DNA of 64,000 nucleotides from Chiloscyllium plagiosum (lineage: Eukaryota): the NCBI RefSeq assembly GCF_004010195.1, contig NC_057717.1:107420709-107484708 (forward strand). Direction: 5' to 3'. A program made the translations under genes and the position numbers. Under the pieces are notes generated by a model. The model was not told the origin of the DNA, made no database searches, and was given only the letters and a program-made list of their open reading frames with translations. Below, in pieces: positions 1 through 13,827 of the stretch (position 1 is the first letter of the stretch; the number at the start of each line of letters is the position of its first letter).

Positions 1-500
1 CCGAGGAACTGGAAGCAAACCGGAGATAACCACCTTGGACGTCCTGCTTTTCAGCCTTCTTCCTAGTTCTCCGAAGTCCCGCTGTAGTATGTTCCTCCCC
101 TTCTTCCCGACATCATTTGTGCCGACATGTACCACCACCTCTGGCTCTTCACCTTCGTCCTTGAGGATTTCCTGCACTCCGTCTGTGATGTCTTTAACAC
201 TGGCACCAGGAAGGCAACACACCATCCTTAAGTCCCGCCTGCTGCCACAAAAACCCTGGTCAGTTCCTCTCACTATGGAGTCCCCTATTACCGCGGCCCA
301 GTGCGATGTCCAACTCTTCTGCTCTGCCTCCATGCCAACTTTTGATTGACAGGCCTGGCTGCCTCGTGGACTGGCAGTGTCATCTGTCTCTACTGTTTCC
401 AAAAGATTCAACTTGTTCCTGACAGGTACTTCCCCCGGGGTCTCTTGCACCTGTCTCCTCTCTGCCTTCCTCATCGTCTGCTCTCTTCTGCTCTCTTCTG
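1..500 (-). mobile_element. CR1 LINE ORF1 (SGNH esterase) fragment
   Basis: Antisense of ORF 35-349 reads VCCLPGASVKDITDGVQEILKDEGEEPEVVVHVGTNDVG...SKVVISGLLPV. Confidence 0.9.
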
Positions 501-2329
501 GTATGAATAGGAATGGTTTAGAGGCTATGGGCTAAATGCAGGTAAATGGGAGTACTTACCATGCTGTTTACCTCTATGACTCTTTACAATATTTCACATC
601 ATGTATCCTGCACCAACATTTAAGTAAAAATTTCAAATTAATTTCATAGGAGTGAGAATGTATCAGGATGTGACAGTTGTGATATATTTTATCTATTCTG
701 TGAGTTCCTGATAGAAAATATTGGATTCTTACAAGCAGTAGAGAGAGGACCTATCCTTCCCACTGATTTGGGTTGCACTTAAAACCTATCACAGAAGTGA
801 ATGGATAATGCTCTAACTGCCCACATTAGCCATGCCACTAAATTCCTATTTTTGACATCACATACAAAATATCATGCTATGAATCACGACCAAAAGGCAA
901 GTTAAAAATGCACTGCCTTTTTCCATAGTTTGCAATATAACAAAGAATCTAAAATGATCCAATATTAACATGCCAAAAATTGAGATTTTCAATTTACTTG
1001 GCATATAAATCGAACCCCCACCTTGTTAGTCACAACGTGCTACATACTTGCATCAGTAGTCAGCCTCAATTTTTATCACCTCACAAATGTATGCTTTCCT
1101 CACTTTAAAGCTGGATGCAAGGTATCCAGCCTCCAGGGGTCATACTGTGAAGATTTTCAAGAATCTAGCAAATGCCCAAATAATGCAGACCCCATTGAAT
1201 GAACAATTAAGAGAAATGAGTCTTCAAACAGAATAATTGAAGGATGAAGCTGGTCTCAAGTTCAAAGTCATCACATTTCTTAATTTGCCAAATAACTGGA
1301 TTGCAATGAGGCAATTCGGTATCAGTAACAAATTTGCCTTGAAGAAGATGCCCAGGACCAAGTTCACTATGAGAACCAATTGTTGACCTGGTCTTGAAAA
1401 ACAAGTATTGGAAAAGATCCTCAAAACTTATCAGAATCGTTACCAGTAATGCAATGTTCACACATGCACTTAAGTTAATCCAATCAAACCCTGAGTCCAG
1501 CAAACATTTCAGAGCAATAGGTAGCTAATCAGCCACTTTAACAAACAAAATATCTAGAGTTATGGTAGAAGACCAAGATTGCTCAGCCTCAAAGCAAACC
1601 AAAAGTCTTCATGATCAAAAGTAACAGTTTCCAGTGATTTATATCATCAGTCAGTGATAAACACATGGGTACCATGATAAGTGGTTTGCACGATCAGATT
1701 CTAAAGATCATTTCTATTTTACCTTACATCAGTATATGTGATTCTTAAGAAGAACAATACACTTTAACGCAGTGTCATTTTATCAATCTTAATAAATCTG
1801 TAACCAATTCCCATCAAATCCAAAAATAGCATCCTATTTGTCGTGTTATACTAACAACGGTTCAATAAAAATAGTCAATGATAGACCTAAGGGAATTATG
1901 AACATATTTCTGATTATGTGTGCATGTTTGTATGTAGTGGTATGTCTATATTTGCCTGTTTATGGCTATGTGTGTTTGCCGTATTTATTTCACAGGTTCT
2001 TGGAATATTGAAAATTCTCTGTGACCTTTCTGGTTTCTGTCCTGTTCCCTGCTATCATGCACATAATAACTCTCACTGATTCAGAAGCACCTCTAACCAA
2101 ACTTGACATCATTAGAATTTAGAAATTATTTGGTATGTTGTAAGCAATTATTGAACAGGGGCAGATTTATGCCTTTATCACACCATACAATAGTACAAGG
2201 TTTGCCACAGCTATAAAATCATTTCAGATTGGTGTGTAACACTCACCAGACAGACAAAATATTCCTGCCGCATAGTTGAACTTGACTTGATCACAAATTT
2301 CTGAGGAATTGGGTGTTCCCTCACAACTG

Positions 2330-3157
2330 AGGAGTGGCAGTTGGAGTTTAATTTCGATAAATGTGAGGTGCTGCATTTTGGAAAAGCAAATCAGAGCAGG
2401 ACTTATACACTTAATGGTAAGGTCCTAGGGAGTGTTGCTGAATGAAGAGACGTTGAGTGCAGGTTCATAGCTCCTTGAAAGTGGAGTCGCAAGTAGATAG
2501 GAAATTGAAGAAGGCATTTGGACTGCTTTCCTTTATCAGTCAGAGCACTGAATATAGGAGTTGGGAGGTGATGTTGCGGCTGTACAGGACATTGGTTAAG
2601 CCACTTTTGGAATATTGCGTGCAATTCTGGTCTCCTTCCTATCAGAAGGATGTTTTGAAACTTGAAAGGGTTCAGAAAAGATTTACAAGGATGTTGCCAG
2701 GGTCGAAGGACTTGAGCAATATGGAGAGGCTGAATAGGCTCTCTGAATAGGTTTTCCTGGGGGTGTCAGAGGCTGAGGGGTGATCTTATAGAGGTTTATA
2801 AAATCATGAGGGGCATAGATAGGATAAAAACACAAAGTCTTTTCCCTGGGGTGGGGGAATCCAGAACTAGAGGACGTAGGTTTGGGGTGAGATGGGAAAG
2901 ATATAAAAGGGACGTAAGGGGCAGCTTTTTCACACAGAGGGTGGTGCATGTATGGAATGAGCTGCCAGAGGAAGTGGTGGAGTCTAGTACAATTGCAGCA
3001 TTTAAAAGGCATCTGGATGGGTATATGAATAGGAAGGATTTAGAGGGGCATGGGCTAAGTGCTGGCAAATGGGACTAGATTAGGTTAGGATACCTGTTTG
3101 GCATGGACGAGTTGGACTGAAGGGTCTGTTTCTGTGCTGTACATCTCTATGACTCTA
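2330..3157 (+). mobile_element. 5'-truncated CR1/HER1 LINE 3' end
   Basis: LEYCVQFWSP...LERVQKRFTRMLPG, FFTQRVV.VWNELP; ends ctctatgactcta. Confidence 0.95.
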
Positions 3158-4714
3158 AATGGTTGCAACTTGACATTGATTGTTTTTACATCTGGAGTAA
3201 AACTATAAAGGATTTGTTAAGCCTTTCCCTCCTTGTTCAGACAGGGAATAGTGGTTAAACTTCATAGATGTAGTAGCGTTATGATATAATAATCAGTTGC
3301 AAACATAACAAGAATGACGCTCACTGAATGTGCTAAATTTTGACCTTTATTGAATTAGTACAAATCAGAGTTCTTAACTCCTGACAAAATCTGCCTTATC
3401 ACTTATTATACCCTACAAGCCTGTTTCATGTCAACAGTGTCTGGCATCCTCTTCTTTTCTAACCTGCCCGATGCTTTCCAGTCTCATCCTACCAGATAGA
3501 TCCAATTGGGCTTGCATCCACTTGCATTTTCCAACTGCTTTGCCAACGCTACTTTCCAACTTTCTGCCAGGAGTTATCGAAAAACCACGTGAACTCACAC
3601 ACCAATTTGTTATGAGTAGACACTTTGCCTTTTTTCAACTAGATTTGATGAAGTTTGAATCTCTAGGAGTAAAGACATTTTGGTATGACTACGGTATTTT
3701 CTCAATTAATGTTTTAGTTTTAACAAAGATTATAAATCCAAAAAAAAGTGTTCCTTTCCCTCACCCTTATTACTATGCTGACCATTTCCAGCATTTTCGA
3801 AATTTGTGTGTTGAATTGAATCCAATTTTTCTTTCATATAATATGTTGTTCTATTTGCTTTCATCTATTTTTTCCCTTTTATTTTCAGGTACAGACTTAT
3901 AGGGGTAGTCATCCTCCAGCAACTCAGCCAATGGGGTGCTCCTGACGCATGAACCTTGACAGTAAATATCCATGAGATATTCAACTGCAGAGATACTGCA
4001 GTTAGGTCTAACTTGTCCTCATCCAAATCACTATCTTACTCAGTGAATAGTGAGTGATCAGGAGCAAAAACCTTGGATCATTTTCCCTTCTTATCCCAAG
4101 GGCACTGTGACCAACTGTAGCACTTTAGATGCTGTTCCCACTAGGATTAAGTAACTCAGCAGTGATCAGGAGGTAGATTCTGAGACCTTCTGGTGAGCAT
4201 CACTCAATTACTCATTGCTTTGACCAAATGAGGTATCAGGGTGAAGCAGGACCATACTCATCCAAAGTGAGCAATATTTTATCAAAATAACCTGGGGTAC
4301 CATCATCCATCAGTCACACAAACAAAACCAAGGTGAAACTAGAAGAGCAGAATATAACACATTATCGAATCTAAACAAGCAAAAGAAAACCCCGCAGGCT
4401 TCAGAAGAGCCATACACTGCTTTATACAGAAATCGCTTTGTCTATTGCTTCATATTCAAACTGCAAAATGACTTTTAAACAGCTAATCAGTGACTGCAGT
4501 GAACCGAGTACAATAAAAAAACCTTACTAATCAGGATAAAAATATATATAAAACACACATGACATTAATGGGTTGTACACACCGCTAAAAAAAGATTTAT
4601 AAAAAAATACATGAATAAGACATGATCACCATCATTGGTTAAAATCCAGACTCTGCAGCAGCTCAATGTGAGATCCAAACATGAAGCGTATGGTTACATA
4701 TAGAGGAGGCTCAC

Positions 4715-4885
4715 CTTTGTAATAACTGAGAATGGATGGGTCAGTCTGCTACAATAAGAGATTCTATTCAGGAAAGATTGTCCAAAAAAAAATCCCCGGC
4801 TCCCATACAGGGCCACCCCATTCACAGAAGCTTCTCTTTGTTTACCAACGTGCGCAGCCTGACGATGTGACAGCCCAGTTAATCA
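4715..4885 (-). other. Candidate non-coding (5'UTR/lncRNA) exon
   Basis: (CT)n tract and cacacag| acceptor, aaag|GTGAGC donor. No convincing ORF; contains GTAAACA. Confidence 0.45.
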
Positions 4886-4893
4886 CTGTGTGC

Positions 4894-4941
4894 AGAGAGG
4901 GAGAGAGAGAGAGCGAGAGAGAAAGAGAGAGAGAGAGGAGA
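4894..4941. repeat. (GA)n microsatellite
   Basis: Directly visible. Confidence 0.9.
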
Positions 4942-6669
4942 AATAAAGACTGCAGATCCAGCAGGGGTTGAGAATAAAATGTGAGCTGTGAAATCCCTGA
5001 TAGATATCTGTGCGCGAGAGTATGTGAGTATGTATGTTATGTCTATGTGTGGGTGGGAAGAGGGGGGAACGATGCTAGATTCAGTTCTCACAAATTCTCA
5101 CCTGATGAGAAACAATTTCAACTCAGAAGCCAAAAGAAAGAATTTAAATCATTAAATCTGATCTTTCATGATACGTGGATGAACATTTGTTAAGGTAAAA
5201 ATCAATCTAAGATAGTGGCTAGTTACCCTCAAATTCAGACATTAAAAAATGTATCAGTCTTCTAGTTTCAGTTGAGTAAATAATCCTGCACCTCCTTTCC
5301 AAACGTAGAAGAGGGCTGGATATTCCTCCAGCATCATGAAACTGAAATGGCAGCTAAATGTACCTGGGGTTTCAGCTAATTTAGGTATTAAACTGCTGAG
5401 CCAGCCAGACTATCCTATCTCTGATCCCCATGTTTAAATGAGGATTCTGATCTCAGGTCATCTGCACAAGAAAAAATAAGAATGTCGAAGATTCCAGGCC
5501 TTCATCACTAATGATCTCCGTTTCAAATATGTCTTTCTGTTGATGTCAGGTGGAGTAGGGATTCAGCTTAGTTCTGGTGATTCTCAGGATTGAATAGCTT
5601 GCCAAAACTTATTATTAAGATTCTGAAAGATACACAAAAGCTTCTTTGCAAAACGGTCCTTTACTTTCCAACATAAATGTCATCGTTGCCCATGTCTTCA
5701 TGGTCTTTATGGTCCACACCATAATGTCAATGAATATCCAGAATGGCTTCCCTTGAAAGCAGGTTTCAAGCAGCAACAGAAGCAATCTGTATATAACATA
5801 GATATGTACATGGGTTCTGTAGGAATTGTGATAGATGAATAAGTAACAGTAAAATGAAGAAAGTAAAATAGTGACTTGCATAATATACAAAATACCTCAT
5901 CTTGGACCTCAAGAATGTCCCAAATGAAATGCTATAAAAATCACTTCGAAATGCAATGACTATTATTTCAGACAGAAAATGTAGCATCCATTTTTTAAAA
6001 GCATGTTTCCCCAAGCAGCTGTTTGGTTGAGAGAGGAATGTTGGCCAGGCCTTTAGTACTCATTGTTCTTCAGAGGACAATTTTAAATGGTTCTATCTCT
6101 TCTGGAACTGTCATGCATATTTCAACATCCCCGGTACTAGACCCTCATCATATAGTCCTTAATAATTAACATTGTGTCTTCAAGCAACTCTACCTTTCTA
6201 TTCTATGGTTCCTGAATACACTGTCAACTCCCACTGCTCCCACCTCACCTAACCTTAATCCTAACTATTATTGAAATCATTCCAGTTAGATAGCTAGGTC
6301 TCCCACAGTACCCAAACAGCTGTAAGCATGGTTACAATAATATTTCCCGAAAATTGTGAGCATAGTGCCTCCACTACCTTGGCTCAGCTTCCAACAATCA
6401 ATCTCACAACATCCTTCCACCATCTCATTTGCAAGTTCCAGTTCTACAGGACAGCCCTTACTTGGTTCCCAACTGCATCAGCTGTGGCTCAATTGTAAGG
6501 TGGAGCTCTTGCATTTCCGACTGAAAGTTATGGGTTCAAGTCTCACTCCACAACCTGAGCACAAATGCCTGGCTGATGTTTTCATGTAATAGTGAGAGAG
6601 AACCACAAATCGTAAATGCAAGATATAGAACCAGTTTGTGTAGAAATAAGAAATGCAAGGCACGAAAAC

Positions 6670-7560
6670 ATAACAAAGAACTGTGGATACTGAAGATCTG
6701 AAACAAAGAAAGAAATTATTGGAGGAATGCAGCTGGTCTGGCATCATCTGTGGACAGAGAGGAGAGTTAATGCTTTGCTTCTTCAGAAATGACAGTAGAT
6801 AGAAAAGGGTGGAATATATCAAGAGCCGGGCTGGGGTGTGGGGTGGGAGGGGAGGGGAGGGTGGTAACCATATAGGAATGGAGCCAAGCAATTTACCTAC
6901 ACTTCACTCAATCTGCTTCACTGCTCACAATGCGGTTTCCTATACACAATGGAGACAAAACATTAGCTGGGTGACCATTTTGCAGAATCTACATTTGTCT
7001 GTAAAAATGACCCGGACGTTTCAGTTGCCTGCCACTTCAACACAACCTGTGATCCCTGGTCAATATCTCTCTCTTGGGACTACTGCAGTAATCCAGCAAG
7101 GCTCAGCACAAGCTGGAGGACCAGCATCTTATTTTCTGCGTGGGTTCCCTGCAGCCTCCAGGACTCAATATTAAGTTCAATAGCTGTAGAACCTGGACAT
7201 GTCATTCCATGTCCTTTACTCACACCCTGTCATGACATGGACTGTTTTCAGCACAGCCAACCCATTTTCAACTACTTATGGACCTATTATCAGATTTTCT
7301 CTTCCGGGTTTACTATCATCCATCACCTTGTCCGCCAAACTGTCTTTCTCGCTCTCTGGACTTCATCTCCACCTATCCTCTTACTCTTTTTGCACTCCCC
7401 CAACAACATCACCCCCAGCCCCTTTCTTCAACATATACACAAGCTTTTCCTAGTTACTATCAGCTCTGAAGAAGGATCACTGGACTCGAAATGTTGACTC
7501 ATTCTTTCACAGTTGCCGCCAGATCTGATGAGTTTCTCCAGCAATTTCTATTTTTGTTTC
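6670..7560. mobile_element. Degenerate Penelope-like (GIY-YIG) fragment with inverted terminal part
   Basis: Similar to 29300-30045. 3' tail with ctgaaga...gaaatgtt; inverted tail copy at 6670-6790. Confidence 0.7.
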
Positions 7561-7936
7561 GGGAAAGTACGGGATCACTTGTGGTAGCACAGATCATAGA
7601 GATCTCTATACACTTGCAGGCCAGTCTGGAAAGACAGACTTGCAATACAGAGTACACTAACAACTAGCATTGAAAGGCTGCTGCAAGGACAGTTTATGTG
7701 CATGGACTGGTACCCAACTCATAGACTGAGCTAATCCGCATCTCAGCATGCTCACTTGTTCTCTTTCATTTAGCACTTAGCTGCATGCTCACAGCACACA
7801 TTCCTTGCCCTGCTGTACTAACTGGTGCAGTTAAACATAAAGGCAGCTTGACTGGCTAGTCAGCATTCCTCCGTTAGGGGACACAGATCTTGCTGTATTG
7901 GCAATGCACTACATCAATCACGCACCTAACACCACA

Positions 7937-9297
7937 TAGAGTCATAGAGTCATAGAGATGTACAGCGTGGAAACAGACCCTTCGGTCCAACCCGTCCATG
8001 CCGACCAGATATCCTAACCCAATCTAGTCCCAACTGCCAGCATCCGGCCCATATCCCTCCAAACCCTTCCTATTCATATACCCATCCAAATGCCTCTTAA
8101 ATNNNNNNNNNNNNNNNNNNNNNNNNNNNNNNNNNNNNNNNNNNNNNNNNNNNNNNNNNNNNNNNNNNNNNNNNNNNNNNNNNNNNNNNNNNNNNNNNNN
8201 NNNNNNNNNNNNNNNNNNNNNNNNNNNNNNNNNNNNNNNNNNNNNNNNNNNNNNNNNNNNNNNNNNNNNNNNNNNNNNNNNNNNNNNNNNNNNNNNNNNN
8301 NNNNNNNNNNNNNNNNNNNNNNNNNNNNNNNNNNNNNNNNNNNNNNNNNNNNNNNNNNNNNNNNNNNNNNNNNNNNNNNNNNNNNNNNNNNNNNNNNNNN
8401 NNNNNNNNNNNNNNNNNNNNNNNNNNNNNNNNNNNNNNNNNNNNNNNNNNNNCATCTCGCATTTATCTGAATTAAACTCCATCTGCCACCTCTCAGCCCA
8501 CTGGCCCATCTGGTCCAGATCCTGTTGTAATCTGAGGTAACCCTCTTCGCTGTCCACTACACCTCCAATTTTGGTGTCATCTGCAAACTTACTAACTGTA
8601 CCCCTTATGGTCGCATCCAAACCATTTATGTAAATGACAAAAAGTAGAGGGCCCAGCATTGATCCTTGTGGCACTCCACTGGTCACAGGCCTCCAGTCTG
8701 AAAAACAACCCTCCACCACCACCCTCTGTCTTCTACCTTTGAGCTAGTTCTGTATTCAAAATGGCTAGTTCTCCCTGTATTCCATGAGATCTAACCTTGC
8801 TAATCAGTCTCCCATGGGGAACCTTTTCGAGCGCCTTACTGAAGTCCATATAGATCACATCTACTGCTCTGCCCTCATCAATCTTCTTTGTTACTTCTTC
8901 AAAAAACTCAATCAAGTTTGTGAGACTTGATTTCCCATGCACAAAGCCATGTTGACTATCCCGAATCAGTCCTTGCCTTTCCAAATACATGTAAATCCTG
9001 TCCCTCAGGATTCTCTCCAACAACTTGCCCACCACCGAGATCAGGCTCACTGGTCTGTAGTTCCCTGGCTTGTCTTTCCCGCTCTTCCTAAACAGTGGCA
9101 CCACGTTTGCCAACCTCCAGTCTTCCGGCACCTCACCTGTGACTATCGATGATACAAATATCTCAGCAAGAGGCCCAGCAACCACTTCTCTAGCTTCCCA
9201 CAGAGTTCTTGGGCACACCTGATCAGGTCCTGGGGATGTATCCACTTTTAACCGTTTCAAGACATCCAGCACTTCCTCCTCTGTAATCTGGACATTT
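7937..9297 (-). mobile_element. CR1/HER1 LINE RT region and 3' end (contains assembly gap 8103-8452)
   Basis: SPGPD, NYRPVSL, QHGF, DFSKA, GVPQGS.LGPLLF, FADDTK; (tctatgac)n tail. Confidence 0.95.
8103..8452. other. Assembly gap (350 N)
   Basis: Run of N inside a CR1 copy. Confidence 1.
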
Positions 9298-10529
9298 AGC
9301 AAGAAGCCAGCAGCTTTAGGGCAAGCACACTGCCTGTACAACCAGCAAGCAACCATGTCTAAAGTCTTAAAAGAATAGCTCTCATCGATGTCCATGGAGG
9401 GATCCATCAGTCGAGGAGCCTTGGCACAGCAAGTCAAGGGCAGCATCCAGTACCAATACAGGGGAATGCCCACATTCAGGAATCCGCTCAGGGCGAACCT
9501 GGTCAGAGTCTAAGCCTCTGCAATGTCAGGAATGGGTCACAGTCAGTCCTGTGGCTCCACAGTGGTCAGGTCGGGGGTTTAGGTTAATACCCTTCAGGGA
9601 GATATACAGTTGTCAGTCAGGGATCTGGACACTTCTCACCCACGGTCGCTGGGTAAGGTTGCTCATGGGGGTGAGCCACAGTCAGTCCATAGGATCTATC
9701 CATAGAAGGCGAGTGGAAAAAGGAATGTAGGGGAACAAGGGGTCCACTGCCGTGGTTATGATACTCAGCAAGTTATTCTTCAATATTGGGGGCTGCACTT
9801 TGTGGGGGAAAGGGGGTTGATAACCCTCAGGGAGGCATCAGCACTTGTGGTGAGGGAATACGGCAAATCATAGATGGGGACAGGGAGTCACATTGTGGGA
9901 GATGGAGGGTTCATCCACGGTCAGAAGTATTCTGGATTCAAGGTAGGGGGACAGTGTGTGACCACACGTGGTATAGTCATAAGTCAAGAACTGGGGGGCG
10001 ATAAAGGTAGGCAGCTGCGACCTCATGTAGACAGGTTGGGTTCGGAGAAGGTGTATAATCTAAGGGAGCTGTGAGGAAGGCAATTAACATGTATGGGAGC
10101 TCAGCAACATGTAGAGGTGAAGGCTGGAAGTCACTGGCCAAAGACTTTCTGTTGCCTTCCATTGCGCTGGAAATCGAAAGTGCATGATGGGGATATAAAT
10201 AGCTGCAATCACATTCAGTGTGAGCTGGGCAAGTCAGCTGATCCATGAGGGAGGGGGTGCATATCCCACCAATGTGAGGGCCTTTAAAGGAAATAAACAT
10301 TCCACAGAGATCTAACACAGTACTGGACACAGGCCTGCGGTGTCCCTAATCTCTAGCCTCTAAATGCACTATGTTTACTGTGCACCTCATTGCCCCAGAT
10401 GTGGTGGTGACTTAAATCTACATGTACATTGAATAAAGCATAATTTACATCAAGTAAAGGTAGCATAGAAATTAAGTTCATTAAGCATATCCAGGACAGT
10501 CTCTTCAGGCTGTACAGACAGCAGGCTAT

Positions 10530-11110
10530 TCCAGGCCTGATAATGAGCAATGAGGTAAGCACATACTCATGGAGCTTTGGGGCAACAGAGTTTGTAACAT
10601 GATAGAATTTCAGATTCAGTTTGAAGGGGAAAAGTTCTGTTCTAAGACAAGTCTTTTAAATATAAGTAACCATAAGACTGAGCTGACTAAAGTGAACTGG
10701 GAAACGAGGTTAAGAGGTGGAACAGTAGATGTGCACCATCAACTTTGTAGGAAGGTACTTAATAACTCTCAGCAAAGATTAATCCCAGTGAGCAAGAAAG
10801 ACTACTTGAGAAGAAAGCTTCATTCATAACTCAGTGATGAAAATAAGAATATTATCATATTCAAAGGAACAATTCTACACAATTCTGTGAAAGTTAGTGG
10901 CCGGTCACGAGGTTGAACTGATTTTAAGGGCTAGCAAAGAATGACCAAACAATAAAAGGGAAAAATTATGATATGATACAAAACTCTCTGGATATATTAA
11001 AAACAGGTTATAATAGTTCTGGTGTTTAAATAAGAAAAGCATAACTAAAGCCTGTGTTTGTCTTCTCCAGAGAGAGTCTGGTGAATTAATAATGGAAAAC
11101 AAGGAAAAGG
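10530..11110 (+). mobile_element. Old degraded CR1 ORF2 fragment
   Basis: HNMIEFQIQFE..., ELTKVNWE, GELIMENKE-like remnants. Confidence 0.7.
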
Positions 11111-11817
11111 CCCATCAACTTGTTCAAGGCTAAATTAGATAATTAGAAGTTGAAACTGAAGACAGGAATTTCAAAATGCGTGTCCCAAAGAATGGAGGGG
11201 AGCAATAGATTTGAGGAGATAAATGAGTATTACTAAGCACAAAAATGATTTACCCAATAGAGTTCGAGTTAAGTTACAATTTACATTAATTATGCTCAAG
11301 GTGATGGTTTGCAACAATACATTTCAAGTATCCATAGGGTTAAAGCAAAGACAGCGGTCAGCAATGCTTTGGAAGTGAAAAGATTATATTCCTTACCCTC
11401 ATCATTTAAACTTCTTCAATTGATGGAGGAACAAAAACAGAAAGTGCTGCAGAAACTCAGCAGGTCTAGTAGCATCTGATAAAACAGAAACAGAGTTAAT
11501 GCTTTGTGACCCTTTGTCAAAAAGCAGAGACCAAATGTCAATCTTCACTAAGTTTCAGATTAATTCACAAAATGAGATATTTGATATGTACGTTTAACAC
11601 CTCCCCCACCAGTGTACATAAGTAAACTAAAATCAAATGAACAAGTTAACTAACTTATACTCCCTTAGAGGGGTACCAACTGAAACGAAACTACATTGAA
11701 ACTTATCTAATTAAAATACTATTGCTGAAAAATATTTCCCTTTGATTTGGGAGTGGAGAATAGTGATGTGAAAATCCCCTTCTGGTCACAAACTGTTACT
11801 GCACCTGTTATTCAAAG

Positions 11818-11942
11818 GAGAAAGTGAGGTCTGCAGATGCTGGAGATCAAAGTTGAAACTTTATTGCTGGAACAGCACAGCAGGTCAGGCAGCATCAAGG
11901 GAACAGGAGATTCGACGTTTCGGGCACAGGCCCTTCTTCAGG
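11818..11942 (-). mobile_element. 125-bp Penelope-derived mini-element with hammerhead core
   Basis: 14-bp TSD cctgttattcaaag (11804-11817, 11943-11956). Minus strand reads CTGAAGA-a-gggc ctgt gccc-GAAAC-GTC. Confidence 0.85.
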
Positions 11943-12256
11943 CCTGTTATTCAAAGACCAACCTAAATACTTACCCAGCCTCTGACTAATTAGCTTCTGA
12001 ATACGGAACACATCAGGCACATTCCAATAGGTGCAGACACTTACCCTTAAATCAATTATACAACAACAGATTTCCCTTTCAAAGAAAATTTAAGTAATCT
12101 TCACAAATCATATTTCAAAACAAATTAAAGAACAAAACACTATATTCTTTTATACAACAAAGTCATTTAGTACAAGTAATGCTCTTTTTGGGACAATCAG
12201 ATGATTGATTAATTGAACCAATCCATTTGACTAGACATTTCCTTAATTTCATTCTT

Positions 12257-13827
12257 AGAGTCATAGAGTTATTGAGATGTACAGCATGGAAACAGACCTT
12301 TCGGTCCAACCTATCCAGGCCGACCAGATATCCCAAGCCAATCTAGTCCCACCTGCCAGCACCCGGCCCATATCCCTCCAAATCCTTCCTATTCATATAC
12401 CCATCCAAATGCCTCTTAAATGTTGCAATTGTACCAGCATTCACCACTTCCTCTGGCAGCTCTTTCCATACACGTACCACCCTCTGTATGAAAACGTTGC
12501 CCTGTAGGTCTCTTTTATATCTTTCCCCCTCACCTTAAACCTATTCGCTCTAGTTCTGAACTCCCCGACCCCAGAGAAAATATTTTGCCTATTTACTCTA
12601 TCCATGCCCCTCATAATTTTGTAAACCTCTATAAGGTCACCTCTCAGTCTCTGACACTCCAGGGAAAACAGCCCCAGTCTGTTCAGCTTCTCCATATAGT
12701 TCAAATCCTCCAACCCTGGCAACATCCTTGTAAATCTTTTCTGAACCCTTTCAAGTTTTACAACATCTTTCCGCTAGGAAGGAGACCAGAATTGCACACA
12801 ATATTCCAAAAGTGGCCTAACTAATGTCCTATACAGCAGCAACATGACCTCCCAACTCCTGTACTCAATACTCTGACCAATAAAGGAAAGCATACCAAAC
12901 GCCTTCTTCACTATCCTATCTACCTGCGACTCCACTTTCAAGGAGCTATGAACCTGCACTCCAAGGTCTCTTTGTTCAGCAACCTTACCATTAAGTGTAA
13001 AGGTCGTGCTAAGATTTGCTTTCCCAAAATGCAGCACCTCACATTTATCTGAATTAAACTCAATCTGCCACTTCCCTGCCCATTGGCCCATCTGGTCAAG
13101 ATCCTATTGTAACCGGAGGTAACCCTCTTCACTGTCCATTACACCTCCAATTTTGGTGTCATCTGCAAATTTACTAACTGTACCTCTTATGGTCGCATCC
13201 AAATCATTTATGTAAATAACAAAAAGTAGTGGACCCAGCACCGATCCTTGTGGCACTCCACTGGTCACAGGCCACCAGTCTGAAAAACAACCCTCCACCA
13301 CCACCCTCTGTCTTCTACCTTTGAGCCAGTTCTGTATTCAAATGGCTAGTTCTCCCTGTATCCCGTGAGACCTAACCTTGCTAACCAGTCTCCCATGGGG
13401 AATCTTGTTGAATGCATTACTGAAGTCCATATAGATCACATCTACTGAGCACTTTGTGGCCAGCGACCATAATTCTATTAGATTTAAAATAATGATGGTA
13501 AAGGATAGACCTGATCTAAAAGTTGAAGTTCTAAATTGGAGAGAGGCCAATTTTGACGGTATTAGGCAAGAACTTTCAAAAGCTGATTGGGGACAGATGT
13601 TCACAGGTAAAGGGACAGCTGGAAAATGGGAAGCCTTCAGAAATGAGATAACGAGAATCCAGAGAAAGTATGTTCCTGTTAGGGTGAAAGGAAAGGCTGT
13701 TAGGTATAGGGAATGCTGGATGACTAAAGAAATTGAGGGTTTGGTTAAGAAAAAGAAAGAAGCATATGTAAGGTATTGACAGAATAGATCGAGTGAATCC
13801 TTAGAAGAGTATAAAGAAAGTAGGAGT
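12257..13827. mobile_element. CR1/HER1 LINE with inverted 5' part
   Basis: 12257-13445 is minus (3' end up to VDVIYMDFS). 13446-13827 is plus (SDHNSIRFKI...KKKEAYVRY). Confidence 0.9.

Noticed and set aside
3471..3902. 143-aa ORF ending near a strong acceptor (ttttcag at ~3888)
   Set aside because: Low-complexity AT-rich translation with no partner exon or motif.
8024..8722. Long ORFs containing X
   Set aside because: Artefacts of the N gap inside a CR1. A sibling copy suggests about 600 nt are missing rather than 350.
8733..9473. 246-aa RT ORF with a novel N-terminus
   Set aside because: A truncated CR1 that happens to be in frame with flanking DNA; no sign of domestication.
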